A DNA stretch of 24,000 bases, taken from Ignavibacteriales bacterium. Its GTDB lineage: Bacteria > Bacteroidota > Ignavibacteria > Tepidaquicellales > Tepidaquicellaceae. The notes below the pieces were generated by a model. It did not search any database, was not told the DNA's origin, and saw only the letters and a list, made by a program, of their open reading frames with translations. Positions within the stretch are counted from its first letter, which is position 1. Every line of letters starts with the position of its first letter. Shown piece after piece: positions 23,193 through 24,000 of this stretch. The translations under genes and the position numbers were made by a program. Where the stretch lies: positions 94,873 through 118,872 of the forward strand of contig JACKAC010000002.1 in the NCBI GenBank assembly GCA_020635255.1. The letters run 5' to 3'.

Positions 23193-23921
23193 GTGTTTCC
23201 GGTAAAATTTGAACATGTTTCCCGTTATTATGGTGAAAAAGCAGCGGTTAAGGACGCTACTTTTGAGATAGAAGATAATTTAATAACCGCGATAATTGGT
23301 AAAAGCGGGAGCGGTAAATCAACTCTATTGCAGATGGTTAACGGGCTGATTCATCCGTCATCGGGTAAAGTTTATCTCTTTGGTGTGGAACTTGATTATA
23401 GGAATATTATCCCGACACGGCTAAAGATAGGGTATTCGGTGCAGGGTACAGGGCTGTTTCCTCATATGAATGTCTATGAAAATATCGCGCTCCTTGCTAA
23501 AGTGAACGGACACAGAAATCCTGCGGAATTAGATAACAGGATCGAGGAGCTTATGGGTTTTGTAAATCTTGGTCCGGGGTTTAAGGAGAAATTCCCATAT
23601 CAGCTATCCGGTGGAGAGCAGCAGAGAGTGGGAATTTGCCGGGCTATGATATTGAATCCGCCGATATTTTTATTGGATGAGGCGTTTGGTGCTCTCGACC
23701 CTACTACAAAAAATGAGATACACGCTGAGCTGTTGACGTTACAGGAGAATGAGCCAAGATGTATTATAATGGTGACACATGACCTAGCAGAGGCAAGGCG
23801 GCTCGCCGATAAAATTATGGTAATAGACGAGGGGGAGATACAGCAATATGACGACAGGGATGTCGTATTAAACAACCCTTCCAATGATAAGGTGAAAGAT
23901 TTCATAATGAGTCAGGATTGA
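23193..23921 (+). CDS. ABC transporter ATP-binding protein, OpuC/ProV-like quaternary-amine (QAT) family, short form without CBS domains
   Basis: Walker A GKSGSGKST, signature LSGGEQQR, Walker B IFLLDEAFGALDP. Family-typical blocks match my memory of B. subtilis OpuCA: 'RLKIGYSVQGTGLFPHMNVYENIAL', 'FGALDP', and the C-terminal 'NPSNDKVKDFI'. At 242 aa there is no room for the tandem CBS domains of OpuCA/ProV. GTG start assumed. Confidence 0.85.
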   Translation: MFPVKFEHVSRYYGEKAAVKDATFEIEDNLITAIIGKSGSGKSTLLQMVNGLIHPSSGKVYLFGVELDYRNIIPTRLKIGYSVQGTGLFPHMNVYENIALLAKVNGHRNPAELDNRIEELMGFVNLGPGFKEKFPYQLSGGEQQRVGICRAMILNPPIFLLDEAFGALDPTTKNEIHAELLTLQENEPRCIIMVTHDLAEARRLADKIMVIDEGEIQQYDDRDVVLNNPSNDKVKDFIMSQD

Positions 23922-23932
23922 GAGAATTAACA

Positions 23933-24000
23933 ATGAAACATTCGCTTGTACTAGTATTCATTTTTTTTCTGCCCCAGACATTTTCTATAGCCCAGGACTA
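23933..24000 (+). CDS. 5' end of a signal-peptide protein, likely the substrate-binding and/or permease partner of the ABC ATPase
   Basis: ATG at 23933, 11 nt after the ATPase stop. It reads MKHSLVLVFIFFLPQTFSIAQD and runs off the window. The A-Q cleavage context resembles the other signal peptides here. The functional call rests on position only. Confidence 0.4.
   Translation, partial: MKHSLVLVFIFFLPQTFSIAQD

Noticed and set aside
1-24000. Search for CRISPR arrays, tRNA/rRNA genes, IS elements, integrases, phage genes, toxin-antitoxin pairs or known defence-system signatures
   Set aside because: No ORF translation or repeat pattern in the window supports any of these. The only repeats seen are the 11-bp intergenic tandem repeat, the intragenic 26-aa motif duplication, the S41 gene duplication and the shared T9SS CTD.

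Overview
Gene-dense chromosomal window with about 27 supported CDS. I found no rRNA, tRNA, CRISPR array, transposase or integrase. The source is probably an AT-rich FCB-group bacterium (Ignavibacteriota/Bacteroidota-like). This is inferred from three secreted proteins that end in the same 88-aa T9SS sorting domain (QNYPNPFNPST motif) and from the near absence of Shine-Dalgarno sequences.

Left to right:
- A DinB-family gene truncated by the window edge and missing from the ORF track.
- A GNAT acetyltransferase.
- Two tandem paralogous secreted S41 peptidases.
- A MarR-GNAT fusion regulator.
- A divergent pair of T9SS-sorted beta-propeller proteins, followed by an orphan cytoplasmic ORF.
- A tight five-gene minus-strand operon: secreted HExxH protein, GroES-like protein, ApaG, membrane GT2, DUF3667 zinc-ribbon membrane protein.
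- An AraC regulator divergent from a secreted polycationic Lys/Asn/Ser-rich protein that carries a duplicated 26-aa motif.
- From about 15.3 kb to the right edge, a dense thiol/redox damage-control region: a GNAT-OsmC-DUF3052-RidA operon, MsrB, DinB, a thioredoxin-fold CxxS protein followed by EgtD, a third T9SS cargo gene, EgtB, and a divergent short OpuC/QAT-type ABC ATPase with the start of a signal-peptide protein.

The candidates most worth follow-up are:
1. The split two-gene ergothioneine locus and its adjacent quaternary-amine-type ABC transporter and redox partners.
2. The AraC-linked polycationic repeat protein.
3. The ApaG/GT2/DUF3667 operon.

All family calls come from motif recognition by eye. 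No database search was run.
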